From Spirochaetia bacterium (lineage in GTDB: Bacteria > Spirochaetota > Spirochaetia > WTKD01 > G963693115): DNA of 64,000 nucleotides. Each line of letters opens with the position of its first letter. Within the stretch, counting starts at the first letter, position 1. Shown here one piece after another: positions 1 to 9,172 of the stretch. Under the pieces are notes generated by a model. That model did no database searches and was not told the origin of the DNA. It was given only the letters and a program-made list of their open reading frames with translations. Position numbers and translations under genes: made by a program. Where the stretch lies: the NCBI GenBank assembly GCA_963693115.1, contig OY843750.1, forward strand, positions 1,660,680-1,724,679, given 5' to 3'.

Positions 1-630
1 CTTGTGCATATAACGTGGAAACTCAAAGTCGACTACTCTAAAACTATCTAATACGATTTCGCCACGCCAGTCATTTTCTCGTGGATCGATAAACGCGAGA
101 TCCTCCCTGAGATTAGCATTTACATAAATAGTTCCATCTTCTTCTATTCTAAAATTGTTTTCTTGTAATTGTATAACTCCCTTTTGTCCTAATACGGGAT
201 ATCCTTCCTTTGTCATCAGGATATTTCCATTTCCAATGGTAAAATTACCATTACGGGTGTATCGCTCTCCGTAAGGGGTATCAACTACAAAAAAACCCTC
301 ACCCATGAGTGCCACGTCGGTGGGATTTTCAGTAAGTTTGAGCGCTCCTTGCTCAAGCACCGTAAAAATTTCGTTTTGCTCTACTCCTGTACCAAGCACC
401 CCTACCGTAGTTGCCTTGTCGATAGAGCCCGTTGAATGACGTATTCGATACGGAAACTGTATTGTATCTACTTTCATTTTGCGTATCAACAACTCAGGAA
501 AGGCCTTGTCTATGGAGTTATCACGCTTGTATGCAGTGGTCGTTATATTTGCAAGATTATTGCTTATTACACCTAATCTGTGTTGTTGGGCAAGCATTCC
601 GCTCGCTGACGTATGTATTCCTCGTAACAT
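1..630 (-). CDS. flagellar basal-body rod protein, FlgF/FlgG/FlhO family (N-terminal 210 codons; C-terminus runs off the window)
   Basis: My own minus-strand translation from the ATG at 630-628 gives MLRGIHTSASGMLAQQHRLGVISNNLANITTTAYKRD. This is the conserved rod/hook N-terminal motif. The frame is open to position 1. It is absent from the ORF track because no stop lies in the window. Confidence 0.8.
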   Translation of the reverse strand, partial: MLRGIHTSASGMLAQQHRLGVISNNLANITTTAYKRDNSIDKAFPELLIRKMKVDTIQFPYRIRHSTGSIDKATTVGVLGTGVEQNEIFTVLEQGALKLTENPTDVALMGEGFFVVDTPYGERYTRNGNFTIGNGNILMTKEGYPVLGQKGVIQLQENNFRIEEDGTIYVNANLREDLAFIDPRENDWRGEIVLDSFRVVDFEFPRYMHK

Positions 631-742
631 GGTTCTACTTGTATATTCGTCAGCATGACTATCTGCTTAATGATTTGTTTTATGTTACATAAAAAATTTA
701 TGTTATATAAAGAATGGAATACTAAACGTATAGAGCGCGGTA

Positions 743-1381
743 CTACTCGTTCGAATCCATGTGCCCGTAAAGTTCAAGTTGGCGAAGCAAGCCAGAAAGA
801 TCGTTGATATAAATCGTATGCTCGTAAAGACTTATAAAATTATTCTTTGTCAGATTCTTGAGTACCGATTTACATTCATTGACATCAAAATTAACCCATT
901 TTGATATTTCTTCGGGATCAAATTCAACATAGGTCACAGACTCACCGCGTGAATTTTGACTCGTACGCCTGAGATTGAGAAGGCAGGCAATGATGCGGGC
1001 TGATGGGCTTTTGTAGGCAAAAATTCTGAGGCGTTGTCGTTGAGACCATATCCTATCAACAAAGGTCTTAATAAGTTTTAATACTAATTGTGGATTTTGC
1101 AAAAGAACGCCTTCAAAGTTTTCTCGAGAAAACCTAAGCAAGCGGACATCTCCCAATGCAATTGCTGTTGCTGAACGAGGCTCTGACTCTATTACTGCCA
1201 TTTCACCAAAAAAAACTCCCGGTGACAGAACATCGATTATGTTTTCTGATCCCTCGTTTATTTTTATTAGTTTTACCTGACCAGATTGAATAAAGAAAAA
1301 TTCATTACCCGGCTCAAATTCACAAAATATTATCTGCTTATCTCTGTAGTTCTGTTGAAAACGGTTTAAATCATTACTCAT
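743..1381 (-). CDS. Crp/Fnr-family transcriptional regulator (cNMP-binding domain plus C-terminal HTH)
   Basis: The cNMP-binding beta-barrel motifs are FFFIQSGQVKLIKI and FGEMAVIESEPRSATAIA. The C-terminal third looks like a Crp-type winged HTH. Confidence 0.75.
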   Translation of the reverse strand: MSNDLNRFQQNYRDKQIIFCEFEPGNEFFFIQSGQVKLIKINEGSENIIDVLSPGVFFGEMAVIESEPRSATAIALGDVRLLRFSRENFEGVLLQNPQLVLKLIKTFVDRIWSQRQRLRIFAYKSPSARIIACLLNLRRTSQNSRGESVTYVEFDPEEISKWVNFDVNECKSVLKNLTKNNFISLYEHTIYINDLSGLLRQLELYGHMDSNE

Positions 1382-1903
1382 TTATTTAATGGACTCCAGC
1401 ATTCGTTTTACATCTGCCACCCTTTCGTCTAAGGGATAATACTTTAAAAAGGTGTTGAGCACATAGGTGGCTTTATCGTATTCTTTCTTTTCAAAATAAG
1501 CTTTGCCATACGTATAGAGCCCCTGAAGGGGAGATACACTGACATTAACATCGAGAAGTTTTTGGGTTTTTTTATGTACTTGACGTAGTTCTTGTGACAA
1601 CTTTTGCAAGAGTTTGAGAGACATACTTGAATTATTTATAACGAGCGATTCAAACTCTTTTACATCAAATATAGTCAACATGAGATCGGACTGCGAAATA
1701 GCATTTTCCTGTCGTGGGTAGTTTCCTATAGCTGAAAAAAGACCGAAGAATTCACCTTTACCGAGTAGCTTCTTTTTTTCTGAAACTTGTGTCCCCACCT
1801 CTTGAATGGCTACTGTACCTGCTTCTATATAATAGATTGAGTCAGAAAGTTCACCGGCAAAATAAATCACAGAATTTTTATTGTATTTGGTTTGCTCGCG
1901 CAT
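1382..1903 (-). CDS. cyclic-nucleotide-binding domain protein with a short TPR-like C-terminal tail
   Basis: The cNMP-binding motifs are IYYIEAGTVAIQEV and GEFFGLFSAIGNYPRQENAIS. I placed the start at the first ATG (1903). The track start at 1921 is a TTG. The stop abuts the start of the 743..1381 gene. Confidence 0.6.
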   Translation of the reverse strand: MREQTKYNKNSVIYFAGELSDSIYYIEAGTVAIQEVGTQVSEKKKLLGKGEFFGLFSAIGNYPRQENAISQSDLMLTIFDVKEFESLVINNSSMSLKLLQKLSQELRQVHKKTQKLLDVNVSVSPLQGLYTYGKAYFEKKEYDKATYVLNTFLKYYPLDERVADVKRMLESIK

Positions 1904-2134
1904 ATATCTCAATAGTAACAAAAACTTAAAATTATATCAAGTCTATACTAGAATATTGTACTATATAGCGCACTCTAGCTCACGTACATATCCCATTATT
2001 TTATCCAATATAACAACACTATATATGATTAGATTCCACTTAATTAGACAGCGTCAAATATATAAAATACACAAATTAGTCAAACGCTATCAAACCTGAT
2101 CAAAGACACAAATAGTTATGCACACATAGGTTTC

Positions 2135-3280
2135 CTATACTATTAGTTCGTAACTCGGGTTTTTTTGTGTAAACATCTCTATAAAACCGTCTAAGGATGC
2201 AGTAGCAAGCACACAGAGTACCGAACCACCAAATCCACCCCCCATTATTCTACACGACTGCGCTCCCGCATCACGAACAGCTTGCACCAGCATTTCTATT
2301 TCTTGTGTTGATACTTGATAGTCCTCTGACAAAGAGGTATGACTTTGATTTATGAGATCAAATACTTTTTGCGTATTATGCTCCTTGAGTGCTATGACAC
2401 AATCGCGAACACGTTGGTTTTCTGTGACAATGTGACGCAGACGTCTACAAAGGACATCATCATCCAAAAGACTGTAGTTTTTTTCGAGTTCAGATATTGT
2501 TATTTCATAAAAACGATTGTGCCCTATGCAACGTGCAATACGACTGCACTCTTGTACCCGCTGTGTATACCCGCTCTCTCCCGCTATTGTATGCGTAATA
2601 CCAGAGGGTATGACTACAAATTTTAATGCATCGCTTACGGGTACTCGTTCACGCACCACTGGTCGCGAGGTAGAAAAATCTATATATAATGCCGCATGAA
2701 CATCATTGTATGCAATAACAGTTTGATCCATAAGTCCGCAGGGAGAAGAAAGATACTCGTTTTCACATTTTTGTGCAAGTATGGCAAGATCATCAGGAGT
2801 AATATCCATCTCATATAGCCGATGAAGTACCCCCAACACTGCGACAAGTACAGCCGCAGAACTCGATATTCCTGCACCTGCATGAATAGTACTGGTAATG
2901 TGCAAGTCTATACCGTTAATCTGTATATTATAATGATGTTCAAAACAGCGAATAGCCGCAAAAGGATATCGTACGCGAGAATCAATAGCAAGGCTATCCA
3001 GCTGGGTAGCCCGGGTAAAAACATAGGGTTGGTTGTCCTCGTCAAAAAAACGATATTCTGACATACGCTCACGCAAAATCGCCCGAGCTTTTAAGTGCGG
3101 GGCAAGCAAAAATGGCAAAACCAGACCACCTGTATAATCCGTATGTTCGCCAATAATATTTGCCCGCGCATGCGTCACATAGCTACACGTACTATCATCA
3201 TGCTTAGACCCCATACTGCCAGCATGCTTATACGAGTTAAAATACACATGATTTCTAAGGCTAGTAGTAAAAAGACGCAT
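2135..3280 (-). CDS. galK: galactokinase
   Basis: Contains the galactokinase signature NIIGEHTDYTGG and the GHMP-kinase motif GAGISSSAA. Confidence 0.9.
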   Translation of the reverse strand: MRLFTTSLRNHVYFNSYKHAGSMGSKHDDSTCSYVTHARANIIGEHTDYTGGLVLPFLLAPHLKARAILRERMSEYRFFDEDNQPYVFTRATQLDSLAIDSRVRYPFAAIRCFEHHYNIQINGIDLHITSTIHAGAGISSSAAVLVAVLGVLHRLYEMDITPDDLAILAQKCENEYLSSPCGLMDQTVIAYNDVHAALYIDFSTSRPVVRERVPVSDALKFVVIPSGITHTIAGESGYTQRVQECSRIARCIGHNRFYEITISELEKNYSLLDDDVLCRRLRHIVTENQRVRDCVIALKEHNTQKVFDLINQSHTSLSEDYQVSTQEIEMLVQAVRDAGAQSCRIMGGGFGGSVLCVLATASLDGFIEMFTQKNPSYELIV

Positions 3281-3317
3281 TGATTACCCTAAAAGTGACT
3301 ATAATATATTATAATAA

Positions 3318-5408
3318 ATGGATTTTGGAGAAATTGGTACTCTAATTGGCGAAGCTCTTGGAATCGTACAGGTAGCAGTACTGATTTTTGTGGCGTGGCT
3401 CAGTCATATATTAGTAAAAAAAATCGCACTCCCAGACGTTCTTGGATATATCCTTGCAGGAATACTCATAGGACCCTATGCACTCGGCTCTCTCTCTCTG
3501 GGATCAATACTTCCCTTAGGACTCTTTCCCTCTACCCCACAAGAAATCATCTCACCCCAGCTCCAGTTTTTATCTGCCATAGCGATAATAGTAATGTTAT
3601 TCTACGCTGGACTAGAGACCGAAATTGATTTACTCTTGCGTTACGCCTTTCGCGGGAGCATGATAGGACTTGGTGGCCTCGTTTTTTCTTTTGGTGCTGG
3701 TTATCTCACTAGCGTCCTCTTTCATCCGCAACTACCCGGATTTCATCCCTATCATCTTCTGTTCGGCACGATTTTTGGAGCTACCTCGGTGGGGATCAGC
3801 GCCAGCATTCTCTCTCAAAAACGCGCCATGGGCACTCCCGAAGGGGTTACCATCATCAGCGCGGCTGTATTTGACGACGTGCTTGGCATAATCATACTTT
3901 CAATCACTACGAGCATAGCCATGCTCTTTCTTAACCCCACTACCGAAGGTACAAACGCAACTGCCACATCGATACCAGTTTTACAGCTAGTTATTACCAG
4001 TCTACGGGCGCTCGTGCTTTGGATAAGTTTTACTACCTTTGGCATACTGCTTTCAAACAAATTCAGTAATTCAATGAAAAAAATTGTAAAAGGAAGGACA
4101 CAAATTGCGGTAATGTCTCTGTGCTTTGCCCTTCTCCTTGGAGGCGTTTTTGAAGCACTCGGTATCTCAATGGTCATTGGTGCTTATATTATTGGTCTTT
4201 CTCTCTCTCGTACAGATATTGCGTACTTGATTCAAGACAAACTAAGAGCAGTCAATATTTTTCTTGTACCTATATTCTTTATCACGAGTGGTATGCGTAT
4301 TGACGTTATATCTTTGCTTTCTTGGAGAATTATGGGAATAGGGCTATTAGCAAGTATACTCGCCTTTGCCTCTAAATTTTTTGGAGCGGGAATACCTGCT
4401 CTTGGCTTTGGCTTTACCATAAGAGGGGCCACCCGCATAGGTCTTGGCATGACTCCAAGGGGCGAAGTCGCTCTAGTCGTAGCAGGAATCGGGCTGAGTC
4501 TCGGGATACTGAGCGCCGAGTTTTATAACGTTGCACTGATGGTGGTGCTGTTTACCTCTATTGTGACCCCCCCTCTTTTGTCGCTAAGCCTCAATAGTAA
4601 AAAACAGGGTACAAAAAAAGCCAAGCCTACAGGACAGGTACTAACGACAATCGCCTTAGAAGATAACCAAATATTCAAGACGATATTAGCCAAATTTTTT
4701 TCTATAATGGAAGAAGAGGGATTTTACATAAGCAAAATTAGGCAGTCTGGAAAAGAGATCTTCTACCTCCGTAAAGATCTTATTTTTCTTACACTTGAGC
4801 CCAAGGATACCGAACTGCAATTTCATTCTACCAAAGACAATATTCCTATTTTCAAAGCAGCATTACTAGAAAGCATCACTGATATTGCAGAAAGTGCCCA
4901 TGCTATCAAAACTACTATATCACGTAAGACCTTCATCAATACTAGTAGCGAAATCAAAGACAAAACAAAAACGCTTCTTCACACGTTCTATGACGAGTCT
5001 CTCGTATGTCTTTCGCTCAAAGGCACAAACAAAAAAGAAGTTATGCACGAACTCATTGACCTTATCGATGCACATAGCCCCTTTACAGACAAAGATACCT
5101 TTACTCGTGACTTGATAGAACGGGAAAATACTATGTCTACTGGTTTGGAACACGGCATTGCAATACCACACGCAAAGTCAAAAGGATGCACTATCCCACG
5201 AATCGCAGTAGGTATTAAAAAAGAAGGGCTAGACTTTGACTCACTCGACGAGAAACCGAGTACTATAATTGTGCTCATTGCCTCGCCTATCGATGGAATG
5301 CACCTTGAAATCATCTCAAAGGTGAGTTCTATACTCAACAATGCAGAAAAGAGAAAAAAAATTCTCGATGCAACTACTACACAAGAAGTGTATAGGATAC
5401 TCTTATAA
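3318..5408 (+). CDS. cation:proton antiporter (Na+/H+ exchanger, Kef/CPA2-like) fused to a C-terminal PTS EIIA-2 domain
   Basis: About 430 aa of polytopic membrane domain is followed by a soluble linker and a C-terminal EIIA (fructose/mannitol/Ntr type). The EIIA carries the phosphohistidine motif GLEHGIAIPHAKSKG. Confidence 0.75.
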   Translation: MDFGEIGTLIGEALGIVQVAVLIFVAWLSHILVKKIALPDVLGYILAGILIGPYALGSLSLGSILPLGLFPSTPQEIISPQLQFLSAIAIIVMLFYAGLETEIDLLLRYAFRGSMIGLGGLVFSFGAGYLTSVLFHPQLPGFHPYHLLFGTIFGATSVGISASILSQKRAMGTPEGVTIISAAVFDDVLGIIILSITTSIAMLFLNPTTEGTNATATSIPVLQLVITSLRALVLWISFTTFGILLSNKFSNSMKKIVKGRTQIAVMSLCFALLLGGVFEALGISMVIGAYIIGLSLSRTDIAYLIQDKLRAVNIFLVPIFFITSGMRIDVISLLSWRIMGIGLLASILAFASKFFGAGIPALGFGFTIRGATRIGLGMTPRGEVALVVAGIGLSLGILSAEFYNVALMVVLFTSIVTPPLLSLSLNSKKQGTKKAKPTGQVLTTIALEDNQIFKTILAKFFSIMEEEGFYISKIRQSGKEIFYLRKDLIFLTLEPKDTELQFHSTKDNIPIFKAALLESITDIAESAHAIKTTISRKTFINTSSEIKDKTKTLLHTFYDESLVCLSLKGTNKKEVMHELIDLIDAHSPFTDKDTFTRDLIERENTMSTGLEHGIAIPHAKSKGCTIPRIAVGIKKEGLDFDSLDEKPSTIIVLIASPIDGMHLEIISKVSSILNNAEKRKKILDATTTQEVYRILL

Positions 5409-5409
5409 T

Positions 5410-6474
5410 ATGCGTATATTTATATGTACTTATGCAATACTAATCGGGCTGTGTTCAACCATAGCAGGTGCATATCCCGAACTTATTAACCTAGATCAGG
5501 ATACTCTGCGGGTGTATTTTCATGGTGATGGAACAGATGAGACACAGAGAGACTTTTTTGAATACATCATCAGAGTGGACGAAGATATTGTAAGCCTTGC
5601 AGAAAAAGTACAAACTTCGCTCGCAAGTATTGCAACACTAAATAACTATCCTCGTAGCTATCAATACCCTCCTCGGAGTTCGGTACTTATCCCACGTCGC
5701 TCAGGCATCTATATTCGTGAAAATCCCACAACAGATCTTCACTATGTACTGTGGAAACGGCTTGAACGCCGTATAGGCGAATCATCTATCATCTCAGTAA
5801 AACCTTCTTATGAACTCAAAGTTGAACGGTTTTATTTTTTTGATGGCGAAAGACTTACCGAACAAGAAAGAGCTCTTTTCTTATCAGATAATGAGTTTGA
5901 TTCTCCTTTAATAGACTTTGTCATTAGTTCTCCCTATGGTGACAGAATCAATCCTATTTCAGGTAACCCTCAGTTCCACTACGGTATTGACCTTGTTGCA
6001 TCTGCAGGAAGCCCTGTATTTTCTAGCGCAGATGGAATTGTGCAAGAGACGGGGTTTAGTTCTGCCTTTGGATTCTTCTTGTTTATCATGCATGAAAATG
6101 GCTATAGAACGCTCTATGCACATGTCTTGGATACCCTCTATAGCAAAGGTCAAAGGGTGCACAAAGGAGCACAGATTTCATATCTCGGCAATACTGGATA
6201 TTCTACTGGAGACCATCTCCATTTTGAACTACACAGCGAAGGAAAACCCATAAACCCAATTGACTATATATCTTTACCTATATCTATAACGGCAGAGACT
6301 GAAACCACGCCATCAGACATATCTCAAAGCACATCTCTCAGTGAGTCCTCAAATGAAAACTCAGATGAAACTCCAAACGAAATTCCCGACGAAGTCTCAG
6401 ATGAGACCCCAAACGAGATCTTAGATGAAAATTCAGATGAATCTTTTGATAATCTTTTAGATGAAAGCCTGTAG
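5410..6474 (+). CDS. secreted M23-family (LytM-type) metallopeptidase with an acidic repetitive C-terminal tail
   Basis: The M23 motifs are HYGIDLVA (HxxxD) and GDHLHFELH (HxH). The signal-like N-terminus is MRIFICTYAILIGLCSTIAGA, starting at the ATG at 5410. The tail is SDETPNEIPDEVSDETPNEILDENSDES. Confidence 0.85.
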   Translation: MRIFICTYAILIGLCSTIAGAYPELINLDQDTLRVYFHGDGTDETQRDFFEYIIRVDEDIVSLAEKVQTSLASIATLNNYPRSYQYPPRSSVLIPRRSGIYIRENPTTDLHYVLWKRLERRIGESSIISVKPSYELKVERFYFFDGERLTEQERALFLSDNEFDSPLIDFVISSPYGDRINPISGNPQFHYGIDLVASAGSPVFSSADGIVQETGFSSAFGFFLFIMHENGYRTLYAHVLDTLYSKGQRVHKGAQISYLGNTGYSTGDHLHFELHSEGKPINPIDYISLPISITAETETTPSDISQSTSLSESSNENSDETPNEIPDEVSDETPNEILDENSDESFDNLLDESL

Positions 6475-6518
6475 ACTAATCATTTCACCCATGAACAAAG
6501 GCTGAGACAGGCGCTAAC

Positions 6519-7412
6519 ATGGTCAAGCTATATGGAGCGGTAGAAACAGGAGGGACAAAGTGCATATGCGCTGTTGGTTCAAACCCCGATGACCTTGCCG
6601 ATATTGTACGCTTTCCTACTAGCACTCCCCAAAACACCATTGCTACCATTGTTGATTATTTTTCGTCACATCCTCGTAGACATTTGTTGCAGAGTATTGG
6701 TATTGCAAGTTTCGGTCCTCTTAATCTCGATAAAAATTCCCCCCACTATGGCTCAATTACTACCACACCAAAACCAAACTGGGCACATACACCGCTTACC
6801 CAAAGTATCTCAGAGCAGTTACAACTGCCAGTATATATTGATACGGATGTGAATAGCGCCGCGCTCTCAGAAGGAACTTGGGGAGCAGGAAAGGGGCTAG
6901 ACACGTATACCTACATTACTATAGGAACAGGAATAGGCGTTGGTACCGTCGTACACGGAGCACCTATACATGGATTAATTCATCCGGAGGGCGGGCACAT
7001 GCTACTGCCAAGTCATCCTCACGATCCTACCCCAAACGGCTTCTGCCCCTATCACAAGCATTGTTTTGAAGGCTTAGCAGCCGGCCCGACTATTACAAAA
7101 CGATGGCGCAGATCCCCGTATCGCCTACCCGAAACGCATAAGGCTTGGGACATAGAAGCATTCTACATTGCACATGCCTTAGTCAACATTACGATGCTCC
7201 TCTCTCCACAAAAAATAATTATAGGAGGAGGACTCATGCACCGAACGTTTCTCTATCAAAAAATCAATACTATGTTTCAAACATTAGTAAATGGCTATAT
7301 TGACGCACCAGCTATAAAAGAAACTCCGAACACCTATATTGTTGGGCCAAAACTCACCCATTACGGACTACTCGGTGCCATATTAATAGCCAAAGCAAAC
7401 ACCCATATATAA
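6519..7412 (+). CDS. ROK-family sugar kinase, probably a fructokinase/mannokinase
   Basis: The N-terminus ETGGTKCICAV is an ATP-binding motif. A ROK zinc motif CPYHKHCFEGLAAGP is present. Confidence 0.75.
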   Translation: MVKLYGAVETGGTKCICAVGSNPDDLADIVRFPTSTPQNTIATIVDYFSSHPRRHLLQSIGIASFGPLNLDKNSPHYGSITTTPKPNWAHTPLTQSISEQLQLPVYIDTDVNSAALSEGTWGAGKGLDTYTYITIGTGIGVGTVVHGAPIHGLIHPEGGHMLLPSHPHDPTPNGFCPYHKHCFEGLAAGPTITKRWRRSPYRLPETHKAWDIEAFYIAHALVNITMLLSPQKIIIGGGLMHRTFLYQKINTMFQTLVNGYIDAPAIKETPNTYIVGPKLTHYGLLGAILIAKANTHI

Positions 7413-7556
7413 AAATTTTCTCTCTCCCCTTTCTCCCATACACACCGTAGCAATATAAGACGTATTTGTAACTTTTTTTCTTTGTTTTTTGAATCAAAGA
7501 TACCGAAATTTTAGTAAAGACAAATGTATTAAGGGGGTAACGCATTCGAAAACTCA

Positions 7557-8486
7557 ATGACGACACTAACAATAAAATTACTTGACTACAAGAACGATCT
7601 ATGTTCGTTTGATGAAGTACTAAGCCTTACTCGTCAATTTGTATACGATTTTCCAAAAAAAATCAGCAAGCGCTACCATGAATATTCTGGATCATTTCTT
7701 ATTTTTATGGATACAAGAATCCCATCACTCATTAATAGGTTTGAATATAGAAATCTTCCCTTTGAAGCCTATCTAAATACAACACTTCGGCTTCAGTTTT
7801 TAACTTTTTTGAAACAAGTAAACAAGACTTACGCCCAGCAGGCAATGATATCACAGAGAGAATATGCAACCGCTATTAATGTTGCTGAAGTACACGAACA
7901 TGACCCTACTAGACTCATAACAAACGAGTCGACTATTCAACTAGTAAACTATCTCATATCGGGAAAAAACAAAAAAAGTAAATCATCAACCCACAAACAT
8001 CGATTGTGGTGGTTTTTGCTAAAATACCGACCAGAGTATCCCGATCTTGATTACCTATATATAGGCAAGATGTTAAATCTTACAAAATTTGATGTCATAC
8101 ATGACTTGCGTACAACTGAAAAAGAAACCCTGCGCCTCAGCAAGAAAAAAGCGCTATACCAAGAACGAGCAAATGTTTGTTTTCATAAGGCAAAAACCTT
8201 TGAATTTACCATCAAGTACAAAATTTTATGCGAACAAGAACGCATACAAGCCATTCACTTAATGAAAGTCTACAAGTCACGCTACACAAGACTCGTAAAA
8301 AAAGCACGTGAATCATATCATATCTCAAATAAAACGCTCTCAACCCTCATAGGCGTTCCAAAGGGAACCCTTGATTCAGGTATCTTTTATCTTAAAAAGG
8401 ATTTTGCTAGTTTGAAACGCAGGGCATATTTGCCCTACCATAGCTTTCTACAAAACGGTCGTCAAGCATACTACAGAATACAATAA
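7557..8486 (+). CDS. hypothetical protein with weak sigma-70-like features (C-terminal region-4-like HTH)
   Basis: The C-terminal ISNKTLSTLIGVPKGTLDSGIFYLKKDF resembles a sigma region 4.2 HTH. The N-terminal EAYLNTTLRLQFLTFLKQ resembles region 2. This is pattern-level only. Confidence 0.3.
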   Translation: MTTLTIKLLDYKNDLCSFDEVLSLTRQFVYDFPKKISKRYHEYSGSFLIFMDTRIPSLINRFEYRNLPFEAYLNTTLRLQFLTFLKQVNKTYAQQAMISQREYATAINVAEVHEHDPTRLITNESTIQLVNYLISGKNKKSKSSTHKHRLWWFLLKYRPEYPDLDYLYIGKMLNLTKFDVIHDLRTTEKETLRLSKKKALYQERANVCFHKAKTFEFTIKYKILCEQERIQAIHLMKVYKSRYTRLVKKARESYHISNKTLSTLIGVPKGTLDSGIFYLKKDFASLKRRAYLPYHSFLQNGRQAYYRIQ

Positions 8487-8523
8487 AATTTAATACCCTT
8501 TACGATGCAATACAATTATAAGC

Positions 8524-9024
8524 ATGAATAGCGTACGATGCCAAATCAAATTTCAATACAAAAAACTTTGCGTATATACCGTGTGTATCATATTACTTTT
8601 TTGTTACGTAGGTACCATCGCACAAGCCCAAACTCGTAGTCAGGTTAATGTTCAAGGCACATACGCCATCGGTGGCTATGATCCTGTTGCCTATTTTACA
8701 AAGGGTGAGCCCATACAAGGGATAGAATCTCTATACTATGAATATAAAGGAGCACGGTGGCTCTTTGCTTCTGAAGAACATCAAAGCCTGTTTATAACCA
8801 ATCCTGAGCAATATGCTCCACAATACGGCGGGTACTGTGCATATGCAATTGCACGTGGTTATTTTGCGACCATAGACCCCTCCGCTTGGACAGTAGACAA
8901 GGATAAACTTTACCTCAACTTTAGCAGATCTATAAAACGACGTTGGGAACGTGAAATTAGCGAAAATATAGAAAAAGGAAATGCATACTGGACAATGTTA
9001 TTTACAAAAAAAGATCACCAGTAA
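8524..9024 (+). CDS. secreted YHS-domain protein
   Basis: A signal peptide is followed by GGYDPVAYF...G, YKGARWLFASEEHQSLF and PQYGGYCAYA. This pattern is characteristic of YHS-domain proteins. Confidence 0.7.
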   Translation: MNSVRCQIKFQYKKLCVYTVCIILLFCYVGTIAQAQTRSQVNVQGTYAIGGYDPVAYFTKGEPIQGIESLYYEYKGARWLFASEEHQSLFITNPEQYAPQYGGYCAYAIARGYFATIDPSAWTVDKDKLYLNFSRSIKRRWEREISENIEKGNAYWTMLFTKKDHQ

Positions 9025-9137
9025 ACGATATTGAAACGCAAAACATATAGTTTATCATAAAATTCAATACAATATGTAAAAATACTTACGCATAGCCTTT
9101 AATTTCCTACTTTGAACCTCTCCTCGCCCTCCTTATA

Positions 9138-9168
9138 TGATATAATAAACAAATAAACTGATAGGAGG
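9138..9168 (+). promoter_or_regulatory. candidate extended -10 promoter element and Shine-Dalgarno for mtlA
   Basis: TGATATAAT lies at 9138-9146 (TGnTATAAT form). AGGAGG lies at 9163-9168, four nt before the ATG at 9173. Confidence 0.4.
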
Positions 9169-9172
9169 TTTT

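Noticed and set aside
432-692. 86-aa plus-strand ORF.
   Set aside because: It is antisense to the well-supported flagellar rod gene (1..630), starts at a TTG, and has a low-complexity hydrophobic translation.
2339-3283. Several 60-95-aa plus-strand ORFs inside galK. Similar short antisense ORFs lie inside lacZ, gcvP, the megaenzyme and the ABC transporter genes.
   Set aside because: All are embedded antisense or out of frame within long ORFs that carry strong family motifs. None has recognisable motifs of its own.
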